This document shows, piece after piece, positions 19,731-28,827 of a DNA stretch of 64,000 nt. The position numbers were made by a program, and so were the translations under genes. Below the pieces are notes generated by a model. It worked only from the letters and a program-made list of their open reading frames with translations, searched no databases and was not told where the DNA came from. The stretch spans positions 38,686-102,685 of the forward strand of contig CAXBQH010000004.1 in assembly GCA_963977985.1 (NCBI GenBank). Direction: 5' to 3'. This stretch comes from an uncultured bacterium. Its GTDB lineage: Bacteria; Bacteroidota; Bacteroidia; Chitinophagales; Chitinophagaceae. Every line of letters begins with the position of its first letter. Position 1 is the stretch's first letter.

Positions 19731-20336
19731 TTATTTAGCTGCAGCAAAACGATCTTCTATTACAGACCAATTTACTAAGTTCCAAAAAGCTGCTAAATAA
19801 TCGGCCCTTCTATTTTGATATTTTAAATAGTAAGCGTGTTCCCAAACATCGGCACCTAAAAGAGGATGACCTTTTACCTCTGCTACATCCATCAAAGGAT
19901 TGTCTTGATTAGGTGTAGAGCTTACTTCTAATTTTCCCTCTTTTACAATTAACCAAGCCCAGCCACTTCCAAAGCGAGTCATTCCAGCAGTTGCAAATTT
20001 TTCTTTGAAGCTGTCAAAACTTCCAAATGCACTATGAATAGCATCGGCTAAAGCACCCGAAGGAGTACCTCCTTTTTGTGGTGCTAAGCTAGCCCAAAAG
20101 AAACTATGGTTCCAATGTCCGCCACCATTGTTTCTCACAGCAGGACTAATACTGCCAGCATTTTTTACTAATTCTTCTAAACTTTTTCCTTCATTAGCAG
20201 TGCCTGCAATAGCCTTGTTTAAATTGTCTACATAGGCTTGATGATGTTTGCCGTGATGAATTTGCATAGTTAAAGTATCAAAATGGGGTTCTAAAGCTTC
20301 GTGTGCATAAGGTAATGCGGGTAAGGTAAATGACAT
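19731..20336 (-). CDS. sodA: Superoxide dismutase, Mn/Fe family (Mn-type or cambialistic signature)
   Basis: [36 protein letters not shown]. Confidence 0.93.
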   Translation of the reverse strand: MSFTLPALPYAHEALEPHFDTLTMQIHHGKHHQAYVDNLNKAIAGTANEGKSLEELVKNAGSISPAVRNNGGGHWNHSFFWASLAPQKGGTPSGALADAIHSAFGSFDSFKEKFATAGMTRFGSGWAWLIVKEGKLEVSSTPNQDNPLMDVAEVKGHPLLGADVWEHAYYLKYQNRRADYLAAFWNLVNWSVIEDRFAAAK

Positions 20337-20493
20337 ATTCTAATGTTTTAAATTGTTTTTTAATGAAGCCTAAAATTACAATGCTTTGGGCTGATTTAAG
20401 CTAGACTTCCCTATTTTTTTTCTACTAGAATTAAAGACTATCTAAATAGATATTCAATATTTCAAAACAAAAGATGAATTTATAGTAAAATGG

Positions 20494-20934
20494 TTATCGC
20501 TTGGCTTTAAAAAAAGATTGCATAAGCGCTGCACATTCGTCTTGTAGTATACCTCCCACAATTGTAGTGGAGGGGTGAAAGGGATTTTTTTCTGTGACCC
20601 TTCTATAACTGTTTTTCTCATCATAAGCCCCAAATACAATATGACCTATTTTATTCCAATACAAGGCACCTGCACACATTAAGCAAGGCTCTAGTGTCAC
20701 ATATAATGTAGCTGCTGGTAAATACTTTTCTTGTAAGTTTTCGCAAGCAGCACTGATGGCTAAAATTTCAGCGTGGGCGGTTACATCTTTTAACAATTGT
20801 ACTTGATTGTAGGCTTTGGCAATTACTTTTTCATTCATTACAATGATGGCGCCTACGGGAACTTCCTCTGCGTCAAAAGCCCTTTGTGCTTGTTGCAGGG
20901 CTTGACGCATAAAGTTTTCGTGAATAGCTTGCAC
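20494..20934 (-). CDS. tadA: tRNA adenosine deaminase / nucleoside deaminase
   Basis: EVPVGAI, TAHAEI, TLEPCLMCAGA; GTG start. Confidence 0.88.
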   Translation of the reverse strand: MQAIHENFMRQALQQAQRAFDAEEVPVGAIIVMNEKVIAKAYNQVQLLKDVTAHAEILAISAACENLQEKYLPAATLYVTLEPCLMCAGALYWNKIGHIVFGAYDEKNSYRRVTEKNPFHPSTTIVGGILQDECAALMQSFFKAKR

Positions 20935-20942
20935 TATTGGAC

Positions 20943-21629
20943 CTATAATTTTTGAATACGAATATTTCTATAAGAAACTAGATCTCCGTGATCTTGTAGT
21001 GCAATATGCCCAGAGAATATTTTTCCAAAATCGGGCGATTCGCCTTTAGAAAATTTAGATCTTCTAATAAGTTCTTTCCAACTATCATCACCTACGTGAG
21101 TGCTCACTACGGTAACATCATTTAATATTAAATCTAATTTATCTTTTTTAAAGATGATATCAACTTTATTCCACTGATCATAAGGTTTTACAACACCTTC
21201 TTTACCTACAATTAAATCATATAAATTTCCTGCTCTATGGCTAATAATTTTTGCATCAGGATGTCCTTCATTATCCAACACTTGCATTTCTGGTCCCGTA
21301 TGCCAAGTGTTTTTATATTTACTAGGGTCGTCTTGTACAAAAAAGATAATACCGCTATTACCATTTTTTGAAATTTTCCATTCTAATTGTAAATGAAAAT
21401 CATTGAAACTTTCATCGGTTACAATATCACCTCCTTCTTTTCCTTCTTTTTTTAATGCTGGATCTAATACAATGGCACCCTCTTCTACTTTCCAAGCTCC
21501 CCCTACACTGGTTTTACCATAACTATGCCAGCCATTAGTAGTTTTGCCATCAAATAGGGGTATCCATTTTTGAGCATAATTGGAAGTAGCTATGAAGCTT
21601 ACTATATAAACAAAAAATATTTTTTTCAT
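20943..21629 (-). CDS. DUF1080 (3-keto-disaccharide hydrolase/hydratase family) secreted protein
   Basis: Signal peptide NYA-Q; PLFDGKT..GW, NSGIIF, GPEMQVLDN, GHIALQDHG...YRNIRIQKL. Confidence 0.9.
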   Translation of the reverse strand: MKKIFFVYIVSFIATSNYAQKWIPLFDGKTTNGWHSYGKTSVGGAWKVEEGAIVLDPALKKEGKEGGDIVTDESFNDFHLQLEWKISKNGNSGIIFFVQDDPSKYKNTWHTGPEMQVLDNEGHPDAKIISHRAGNLYDLIVGKEGVVKPYDQWNKVDIIFKKDKLDLILNDVTVVSTHVGDDSWKELIRRSKFSKGESPDFGKIFSGHIALQDHGDLVSYRNIRIQKL

Positions 21630-21691
21630 AAACTGTGTTTTAGTAATTCATTTAAATGATTTGAACAGAAATAATAATAATATAAATGTAT

Positions 21692-22090
21692 TTACTTTTT
21701 TAAGAGTAAAATGTATTTAATCATTTGTTCTACATCTTCTTGTTTTAATTGAGGATGTGGTGTCATTGGAATCGCGCCCCAGTTACCGCTACCACCTTTA
21801 ATTACTTTTGCTGCTAACATTTTAATATTAGCCTCCGTATTTTCATATTTGGCTGCTACATCTTTATAAGCAGGGCCAATATTTTTCTCACTTGTTTTAT
21901 GACAAGTTAAGCAATCACTTCCCGCGATGAGGGTTAAACCTTTTTGATAATCTGGATTATCAGCTAATGTATTTGCGCTAGAAGCAGTGGCTTCTTTTGC
22001 ACTTGTAGTTTTTGTTGCCTCAGTGGATCCACCTCCACCACAGGCGGTTGCTAAAATAGCCATAGTTACCATACATAAAACCTTCTTCAT
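21692..22090 (-). CDS. Lipoprotein c-type cytochrome (c551/c552-like)
   Basis: Lipobox LATA-C, Ser/Thr/Ala linker, CLTCH heme motif, GPAY, axial Met in WGAIPMTPH. Confidence 0.92.
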   Translation of the reverse strand: MKKVLCMVTMAILATACGGGGSTEATKTTSAKEATASSANTLADNPDYQKGLTLIAGSDCLTCHKTSEKNIGPAYKDVAAKYENTEANIKMLAAKVIKGGSGNWGAIPMTPHPQLKQEDVEQMIKYILLLKK

Positions 22091-22110
22091 AATACTTCTT
22101 TTTTAATAGT

Positions 22111-23163
22111 TTAAATACCTAAAATTTTCTTGTTATAAGATTCATCTGAACCTGTACTAGCAAAGTCATCAAATGCTTTCTCGGTTACTTTAATAATATT
22201 TTTTTGAATAAATACTGCTCCTTCAGCAGCACCTACTTCTGGATGTTTGATAGCACATTCCCATTCCATCACTGCCCAACCCTTGTAATTATAGGCAGCA
22301 AGTTTACTAAAAATACTTTTGAAGTCTACTTGTCCATCTCCTAAAGATCTAAACCTGCCAGCACGATCAATCCAATTTTGATAACCACCATACACTCCTT
22401 GTTTCGCACTAGGGTTGAACTCTGCATCTTTCACGTGAAACATTTTAATGCGATCGTGAAAAGCATCGATATATCCTAAGTAATCCATACATTGTAAAAC
22501 AAAATGAGAAGGATCATATAATAAACAAGCACGCTTATGTTGTTTGACTTTATCTAAAAACATTTCATAAGTGACTCCGTCGTGTAAATCTTCACCAGGA
22601 TGAATTTCATAACAAAGATCTACGCCTACATTATCAAACTCATTTAAAATTGGCATCCATCTTTTGGCAAGTTCAGTAAAACCAGTTTCCACTAATCCAG
22701 CGGGCCTTTGTGGCCAAGGATATACTGTATGCCATAATAAAGAACCACTAAAAGTAGCGTGTGCATTTAATCCTAAATTTTGAGAGGCTTTAGCTGCATA
22801 CATTAATTGTTGTACAGCCCATTGAGTTCTAGCTTTGGCATTACCGTGCACTTCTTTAGGGGCAAATCCATCAAATTGAGCATCATAAGCTGGATGCACT
22901 GCTACTAATTGTCCTTGCAGATGTGTAGATAATTCTGTAATCTCTAAACCTGCTTTAGCAACAATACCTTTGATTTCATCTGCATAGGTTTTGCTTTCAG
23001 CAGCTTTTTTTAAATCGATACATCTAGCATCCCAACTTGGAATTTGGACTCCTTTGAAACCCAAGCCTGCGGCCCATTTACAAATACTCTCTAAAGTATT
23101 GAAGGGCGCTTGATCACCCATAAATTGAGCTAAAAAAATGGCAGGTCCTTTGATTGTTGTCAT
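22111..23163 (-). CDS. Sugar phosphate isomerase/epimerase (IolE/xylose isomerase-like TIM barrel), cytoplasmic
   Basis: YEIHP, YDPSH, FHVKDAE, GDGQVDF, VMEWE metal ligands. Confidence 0.88.
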   Translation of the reverse strand: MTTIKGPAIFLAQFMGDQAPFNTLESICKWAAGLGFKGVQIPSWDARCIDLKKAAESKTYADEIKGIVAKAGLEITELSTHLQGQLVAVHPAYDAQFDGFAPKEVHGNAKARTQWAVQQLMYAAKASQNLGLNAHATFSGSLLWHTVYPWPQRPAGLVETGFTELAKRWMPILNEFDNVGVDLCYEIHPGEDLHDGVTYEMFLDKVKQHKRACLLYDPSHFVLQCMDYLGYIDAFHDRIKMFHVKDAEFNPSAKQGVYGGYQNWIDRAGRFRSLGDGQVDFKSIFSKLAAYNYKGWAVMEWECAIKHPEVGAAEGAVFIQKNIIKVTEKAFDDFASTGSDESYNKKILGI

Positions 23164-23173
23164 AATTTTATTT

Positions 23174-24340
23174 TTATATTACATAAGGTGTCCATTTCTG
23201 AGAGGACTGTGAAGAGGCAACTACATTATCTATAAATGCCATACCTCTGATGCCATCTTCAATACCAGGGAAATCTAACATTTCAGCAGTGGGTGTAGTA
23301 CCATCTATTTTACAACCCAAGGTTAAAGCAAAGTTGCGATAAATATTTGCAAATGCTTCTAAATATCCTTCTGGATGTCCGCCGGGAGTTCTCGTGTTGT
23401 GAATAGCAGTGGCAGATAAATGTGCTCCATAGTTTCCTCCAGCTCTTAATACTTGTGCAGGTTGATCTAACCATTTTATATGTAATGTATTAGGTTCGTG
23501 TTGCATCCATTCTAAGCCACCTTTTTCACCATACACTCTAATTTTTAAATTATTCTCTTCACCTGCAGCTACTTGTGATGCCATTAGTACTCCTTTGGCG
23601 CCATTGTCAAATTTTAACATCACAGAGCCATCATCATCTAATAATCTTCCCTCTACCATTGTATTTAATTCAGCGCATACATCGGTTATTTTAGAACCTG
23701 TAATATATTCTGCTAAATGTGCAGCGTGAGTTCCTATATCGCCCATAACAGAACTTTTACCAGATTTTTTAGGGTCGGTTCTCCAAGCAGCTTGAGTATT
23801 TCCTTCTTTTTCAGATAATTTACTCAACCAACCTTGTGCGTATTCCACCCATACTTTTCTAATTTTTCCAAATTTTCCTTCTCTTACCATTGCTTTGGCG
23901 TGTTTTACCATTGGATATCCAGAATAGGTATGCGTTAAACAAAGTAGTAAACCTGTTTCTTCTAATTTTTGTTTTAATTGTTTCGCTTCCTCTAAAGAAA
24001 AAGTAATGGGTTTTTCAATCACTACGTGAAAGCCGTGTTCTAGCGCCATCATTGCAGGTGCAAAATGTGCAAAGTTGGGAGTGACAATAGTAACAAAATC
24101 CATTCTTTGGTTCGCAGGAAGTGCAGCTTCTTTTTTTATCATTTCTTCAAAACTGGTATAAGTTCTTTCTTTGGGAAGAAACAAAGCTTCGCCGGAGGCC
24201 ATTGCCACTTCAGGTCTTACACTTAGTGCGCCACAACTAACTTCAATGAGGCCATCCATATTTGCGGCAATTCTGTGAATGGCTCCTATAAAGGCATCTT
24301 TGCCTCCACCTACCATTCCCATTCGTAATTTTCTATTCAT
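23174..24340 (-). CDS. Gfo/Idh/MocA family oxidoreductase, cytoplasmic
   Basis: GMVGGG..AFIG..H, IVTPNFAH, EKP, DIGTH, GHPEGY. Confidence 0.9.
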   Translation of the reverse strand: MNRKLRMGMVGGGKDAFIGAIHRIAANMDGLIEVSCGALSVRPEVAMASGEALFLPKERTYTSFEEMIKKEAALPANQRMDFVTIVTPNFAHFAPAMMALEHGFHVVIEKPITFSLEEAKQLKQKLEETGLLLCLTHTYSGYPMVKHAKAMVREGKFGKIRKVWVEYAQGWLSKLSEKEGNTQAAWRTDPKKSGKSSVMGDIGTHAAHLAEYITGSKITDVCAELNTMVEGRLLDDDGSVMLKFDNGAKGVLMASQVAAGEENNLKIRVYGEKGGLEWMQHEPNTLHIKWLDQPAQVLRAGGNYGAHLSATAIHNTRTPGGHPEGYLEAFANIYRNFALTLGCKIDGTTPTAEMLDFPGIEDGIRGMAFIDNVVASSQSSQKWTPYVI

Positions 24341-24516
24341 ACTGGATTGTTTTTTAAGCGTACAAAAACCGTTAATTGTGTCATAATAACACTTTCAGAC
24401 GGTTCTAGTAGCAATTTCCTTATTATTTTGCAAATAACCCCCTTTTTTAATCAAAAACTTTACAAAAAATAAGAAATAAAAATTATATTTATCGAACCAT
24501 TTAATCCGTACTTGCT

Positions 24517-25404
24517 ATGTCCACCAAAGTCAACAGGCGTAAGCTTATTAAACAAGTCATTACAGGTTCTGCAGCTATTGCTTCAAGTGCTGTAGTGCCT
24601 TCACCAATTTTAGCGGCAGTGAAAAATCAAAATACACCCCTTAAAGGAAATATTCAACATTCTGCTTGCAGATGGTGCTACGATCGTATTCCCATTGCAA
24701 CATTGGCAAAAAATTTTAAGCAATTAGGTATGGTGGGAATGGATTTAGTAGGTCCTTCCGACTGGAAAATTTTAAAAGAAAATAATCTTATTTCCACTAT
24801 GTGTAATGGTGCAGAAATAAGTTTAACTGAAGGTTTTAATACGCTACAATACCACGATAAATTAGTAAAAAATTATACCGATCATATTAATTATGTAGCA
24901 GATGCAGGTTATACGAATTTAATTTGTTTTTCTGGTAGTAGAAGAGGAATGGATGATGAAACAGGATTGAACAATTGTGTTACCGGTTTGAAAAAAATTA
25001 TGTCTCTTGCTGAAAAAAGAGGAGTAATGATTCATATGGAACTGCTCAATTCAAGAGTGGATCATAAAGATTATATGTGCGATAGATCTACTTGGGGTGT
25101 TGAATTATGTAAAAGACTAGGCTCACCCAATTTCAAATTGCTATTTGATATTTATCATATGCAAATAGATGAAGGAGATATTATTCATTCTATTAGAACC
25201 AATCATTCTTATTATGGACATTACCATACTGGAGGGGTACCTGGTAGAAATGAAATTGATGAAAGACAAGAATTATATTATCCCGCCATTATGCGCGCGA
25301 TTTTAGCCACTGGATTTAAAGGATATGTAGCACAAGAATTTATTCCTGCTGATAAAGATCCTATGGCATCCTTAGCTGCAGCCATTAAAATTTGTGATGT
25401 ATAA
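24517..25404 (+). CDS. Tat-exported hydroxypyruvate isomerase-like TIM barrel protein
   Basis: N-terminal NRRKLIK; MELLN, FDIYHMQ, HYHTGGVPGRNE, GYVAQEF. Confidence 0.85.
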   Translation: MSTKVNRRKLIKQVITGSAAIASSAVVPSPILAAVKNQNTPLKGNIQHSACRWCYDRIPIATLAKNFKQLGMVGMDLVGPSDWKILKENNLISTMCNGAEISLTEGFNTLQYHDKLVKNYTDHINYVADAGYTNLICFSGSRRGMDDETGLNNCVTGLKKIMSLAEKRGVMIHMELLNSRVDHKDYMCDRSTWGVELCKRLGSPNFKLLFDIYHMQIDEGDIIHSIRTNHSYYGHYHTGGVPGRNEIDERQELYYPAIMRAILATGFKGYVAQEFIPADKDPMASLAAAIKICDV

Positions 25405-25408
25405 AAAA

Positions 25409-25515
25409 TAAAATTTCAAAAAATAAAGTGTACAACTACAAAGTTCAAAAATTATAAAATTTAAATCAATAAAGTTCAAAATATAAAATTTCAAAAATAT
25501 AAAGTTCAAAATTAA
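25409..25515 (+). repeat. Degenerate tandem repeat, seven units of 14-16 nt (consensus TAAA[G/A]TT(T)CAAAA(A)T)
   Basis: Units start at 25409, 25424, 25439, 25455, 25470, 25484 and 25500. Confidence 0.65.
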
Positions 25516-25536
25516 TTCTAAATAAAAACAAGAAAT

Positions 25537-27216
25537 ATGGCAGCACAACAGTATGATGCAATTGTAGTAGGATCGGGCATTAGCGGCGGATGGGCAGCTA
25601 AAGAGCTAACACAAAAAGGATTAAAAGTTTTAATGTTAGAGCGAGGCCGAAACATTGAGCACATTAAAGATTATGTAAATGCTAATAAAGAAGCTTGGGA
25701 TTTTCCTCACCGTGGAACACGCACCCAGGAAATGATTAAAGACTATCCTGTTTTAAAAAGAGATTATCCTTTAAATGAAACCAATTTAGATTATTGGTGT
25801 TCAGATAAAGAGAGTCCCTATGTGGAAACTAAACGCTTTGATTGGTTTAGAGGATACCACGTGGGAGGTCGTTCCTTAATGTGGGGTCGTCAATCTTATC
25901 GTTGGTCCGATTTAGATTTTGAAGCCAATGCCAAAGATGGTCACGGAGTGGATTGGCCTGTTCGTTATAAGGACATTGAACCTTGGTATGATTATGTAGA
26001 AAAATTTGCAGGCATTAGTGGTAATCGCGATGGCCTTGCAGTTTTACCTGACGGACAATTTTTACCTGCTATGGATTTAACCTGCGTGGAGAAAGATGTG
26101 GCTGCAAGATTAAAAGAAGTATATAAAGGTACTCGTCATTTAATTATAGGACGCACTGCTAATATTACAGTTCCTCACGAAGGTCGCCCAGGATGTCAGT
26201 TTAGAAATAAATGTTGGTTGGGTTGTCCATTTGGTGGTTATTTTAGTACGCAGTCTTCTACTTTACCCGCGGCTATGGCTACAGGTAATTTAACTTTAAG
26301 ACCTTGGAGTATTGTAACTGAAATTAAATACGACAAAGATAAAAAACGCGCAACGGGTGTAATGGTATTAGATGCCGAAACCAATAAAACAATAGAGTAC
26401 AGCGCAAAAATTATTTTTGTGAACGCTTCAACTTTAAATAGTACTTGGTTATTGATGAACTCTGCTACTGATGTTTGGGAAGGTGGATTAGGAAGTAGCA
26501 GTAATGCTTTGGGTAAATATTTAATGGATCATCATTTGGGAGTGGGTGCTGGTGGAACGATAGAAGGATATGAAGATAAATATACTTATGGTCGTCGTGC
26601 CAATGGATTTTATATTCCTCGTTTTAGAAATGTAGGAGATGATAAACGCGATTATGTTCGTGGTTTTGGTTACCAAGGAAGCGGCTCTCGTCAAAACTGG
26701 AGAAGAGATGTAGCAGAATTTACCATCGGAGGTGATTTTAAAGACGCATTAACAGAACCCGGTAGCTGGACCATTGGAATGGGAGGTTTCGGTGAAATGT
26801 TACCCGATGAAACTAACAAGGTAACCTTAGATAAAAAAGTGAAAGATAAGTGGGGATTGAATGTCTTAAATATTGATTGCGAATTAAAAGAGAATGAAAA
26901 AAAGATGCGCAAAGATATTTTAGCAGATGCGCAAGAAATGTTAGAAAAAGCAGGTGTAAAAAATGTAAATGCACACGATGGAGATGGCACCCCAGGTAGA
27001 GGTATTCACGAAATGGGTACTGCTCGTATGGGTAAGGATCCTAAAACTTCGGTATTAAATGGAAATAACCAAGTATGGGATGCGCCCAATGTATTTGTTA
27101 CAGACGGATCTTTTATGGCAAGTTCATCTTGTGTGAATCCTTCTTTAACTTATATGGCATTTACTGCACGCGCTGCTGATTTCGCAGTAAAAGAATTAAA
27201 AAAAGGAAACTTATAA
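25537..27216 (+). CDS. GMC flavoprotein oxidoreductase (glycoside 3-dehydrogenase catalytic subunit-like)
   Basis: FAD motif VGSGISGG, GGRSLMWG, Cys cluster CQFRNKCWLGCP, HEMGTARMG, NPSLT; no signal peptide. Confidence 0.92.
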   Translation: MAAQQYDAIVVGSGISGGWAAKELTQKGLKVLMLERGRNIEHIKDYVNANKEAWDFPHRGTRTQEMIKDYPVLKRDYPLNETNLDYWCSDKESPYVETKRFDWFRGYHVGGRSLMWGRQSYRWSDLDFEANAKDGHGVDWPVRYKDIEPWYDYVEKFAGISGNRDGLAVLPDGQFLPAMDLTCVEKDVAARLKEVYKGTRHLIIGRTANITVPHEGRPGCQFRNKCWLGCPFGGYFSTQSSTLPAAMATGNLTLRPWSIVTEIKYDKDKKRATGVMVLDAETNKTIEYSAKIIFVNASTLNSTWLLMNSATDVWEGGLGSSSNALGKYLMDHHLGVGAGGTIEGYEDKYTYGRRANGFYIPRFRNVGDDKRDYVRGFGYQGSGSRQNWRRDVAEFTIGGDFKDALTEPGSWTIGMGGFGEMLPDETNKVTLDKKVKDKWGLNVLNIDCELKENEKKMRKDILADAQEMLEKAGVKNVNAHDGDGTPGRGIHEMGTARMGKDPKTSVLNGNNQVWDAPNVFVTDGSFMASSSCVNPSLTYMAFTARAADFAVKELKKGNL

Positions 27217-27241
27217 TTTATAATATTTTAAATACAATTTT

Positions 27242-27805
27242 ATGATGAATAGAAGAGAAGCCTTATCAAGAGTGGCCCTTATTATGGGAGGCACTGTATT
27301 AGGTGCAGAAGCTTTTTTATCCGGTTGTACTACGGGTGCCGCTAAAATTACTTTTTCAAAAGAGGATATTTCATTTTTAAATGAAGTAGCTGAAACTATC
27401 TTACCTGCTACACAAACGCCAGGTGCCAAAGAAGCAAAAGTGGGCGAGTTTATGACAGTGATTGTAAATGACTGTTATGAATCAAAAGACCAAACTGCTT
27501 TTATGGAAGGGATAAAAAAATTAAATGAAGCTTGTACTAAAGCAGTAGGTAAAAATTTTATGCAAGCCACTGCTGAACAACGCCATCAATTTTTAGTAGA
27601 TTTAGACAAAGAAGCTGCTGCTTTTCAAAAATCAAAAAAGCCAGATGAAACCAAGCACTATTTTACTATGATGAAAGAGCTTACCTTATGGGGATTCTTT
27701 AGCTCAGAACCTGGTGCTACCAAAGCTTTACGTTATGTTGCAGTTCCTGGAAGATACGAAGGTACGGTGCCTTATAAAAAAGGAGATAAGGCTTGGGCTA
27801 CTTAA
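27242..27805 (+). CDS. Gluconate 2-dehydrogenase subunit 3 family protein (Tat-signal partner of the GMC enzyme)
   Basis: NRREAL twin-arginine signal; ETILPAT.TPGAK; LTLWGFFSSE.GA. Confidence 0.9.
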   Translation: MMNRREALSRVALIMGGTVLGAEAFLSGCTTGAAKITFSKEDISFLNEVAETILPATQTPGAKEAKVGEFMTVIVNDCYESKDQTAFMEGIKKLNEACTKAVGKNFMQATAEQRHQFLVDLDKEAAAFQKSKKPDETKHYFTMMKELTLWGFFSSEPGATKALRYVAVPGRYEGTVPYKKGDKAWAT

Positions 27806-27895
27806 TATATATAGTAGATTCATTCATTAAATAAATGGTCAACTAGTTTTTATAAATAGTATCTCTCCCAACAAATAAACTTTTAAAACGATTGT

Positions 27896-28750
27896 ATGAA
27901 TAATTCAAGAAGAAAATTTTTGCGTCAAAGCGCTTTAGCAGGGGCAGCTTTCAGCTTGCCTTTTGGAAAAGAATTAATGGCAATGGCTGGAAAATCAAAA
28001 GCGATAGGTATTCAATTATGGACCGTAAAACAAGCTTTATATAAAGATACGCTGGGAGTGCTTAAACATTTATCTAAATGTGGGTATAAACAAATTGAAG
28101 GATTTGAAGGTGATTTAGGTATTTTTTGGGGTATGAAAAATACTGAATTGAAAAAAGTGTTAGATGATTTGGGAATGAAAATGGTTTCTTCTCATTGTAA
28201 CAACACCCAAGATTTTGAAAGAAAAGCAGCACAAGCAGCAGAGATAGGTATGAAGTATTTAATTTGTCCTCATAAAGGAGCACAAAAATCGATTGATAAT
28301 TTTAAGCGCTTCTCTGATGAGTTTAATGCTTGTGGTGAAATAACCAAGAAAAATGGTTTACGATTTGCATATCACAACCACGATTATTCATTTGTACCAA
28401 TGAATGGAATTGTACCACAGGATTTAATGATGCAATCTACTAATCCTGATACTGTAGATTTTGAAATGGATATGTACTGGACAGTAGCAGCAGGAGTAGA
28501 TCCTATTGGATATATGAAAAAATTCCCGAATCGTTTTAAGTTAGTGCATGTAAAAGATTTAGCTAAAACTTCTACTGGCATTGAATCTTGTATTATTGGA
28601 AAGGGAACTATTAATTATAAGTCTTTATTACCACAGGCAGCCGCACAGGGCGTACAATATTATATTGTTGAGCAAGAAGCGTATACTGGCACTTCAGAAT
28701 TAGATTGTGCTAAAGAGGATGCTGCTTATTTAAAAACACTTCAATGGTAA
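27896..28750 (+). CDS. Tat-exported sugar phosphate isomerase/epimerase TIM barrel
   Basis: SRRKFLRQ signal; GIQLWTV, YHNHDYSF, EMDMYW, HVKD, IVEQE. Confidence 0.88.
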   Translation: MNNSRRKFLRQSALAGAAFSLPFGKELMAMAGKSKAIGIQLWTVKQALYKDTLGVLKHLSKCGYKQIEGFEGDLGIFWGMKNTELKKVLDDLGMKMVSSHCNNTQDFERKAAQAAEIGMKYLICPHKGAQKSIDNFKRFSDEFNACGEITKKNGLRFAYHNHDYSFVPMNGIVPQDLMMQSTNPDTVDFEMDMYWTVAAGVDPIGYMKKFPNRFKLVHVKDLAKTSTGIESCIIGKGTINYKSLLPQAAAQGVQYYIVEQEAYTGTSELDCAKEDAAYLKTLQW

Positions 28751-28800
28751 GAGAGTACTAGTTTTAAAACCGAAGGTTTCTGGCCTCCCTATTTAATTAG

Positions 28801-28808
28801 TATTTTTG
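28801..28808 (+). promoter_or_regulatory. -7 promoter element TATTTTTG
   Basis: Exact consensus 19 nt before ATG 28828; suggests separate transcription from the upstream operon. Confidence 0.55.
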
Positions 28809-28827
28809 CAAAGTTGAATGAAGCGTT

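Noticed and set aside
24341-24516. Possible LacI-type operator (AAAACCGTT) in the divergent promoter region
   Set aside because: Only a half match and no cognate regulator in the window
25409-25515. CRISPR array interpretation of the tandem repeat
   Set aside because: No unique spacers, units only ~15 nt, and no cas genes
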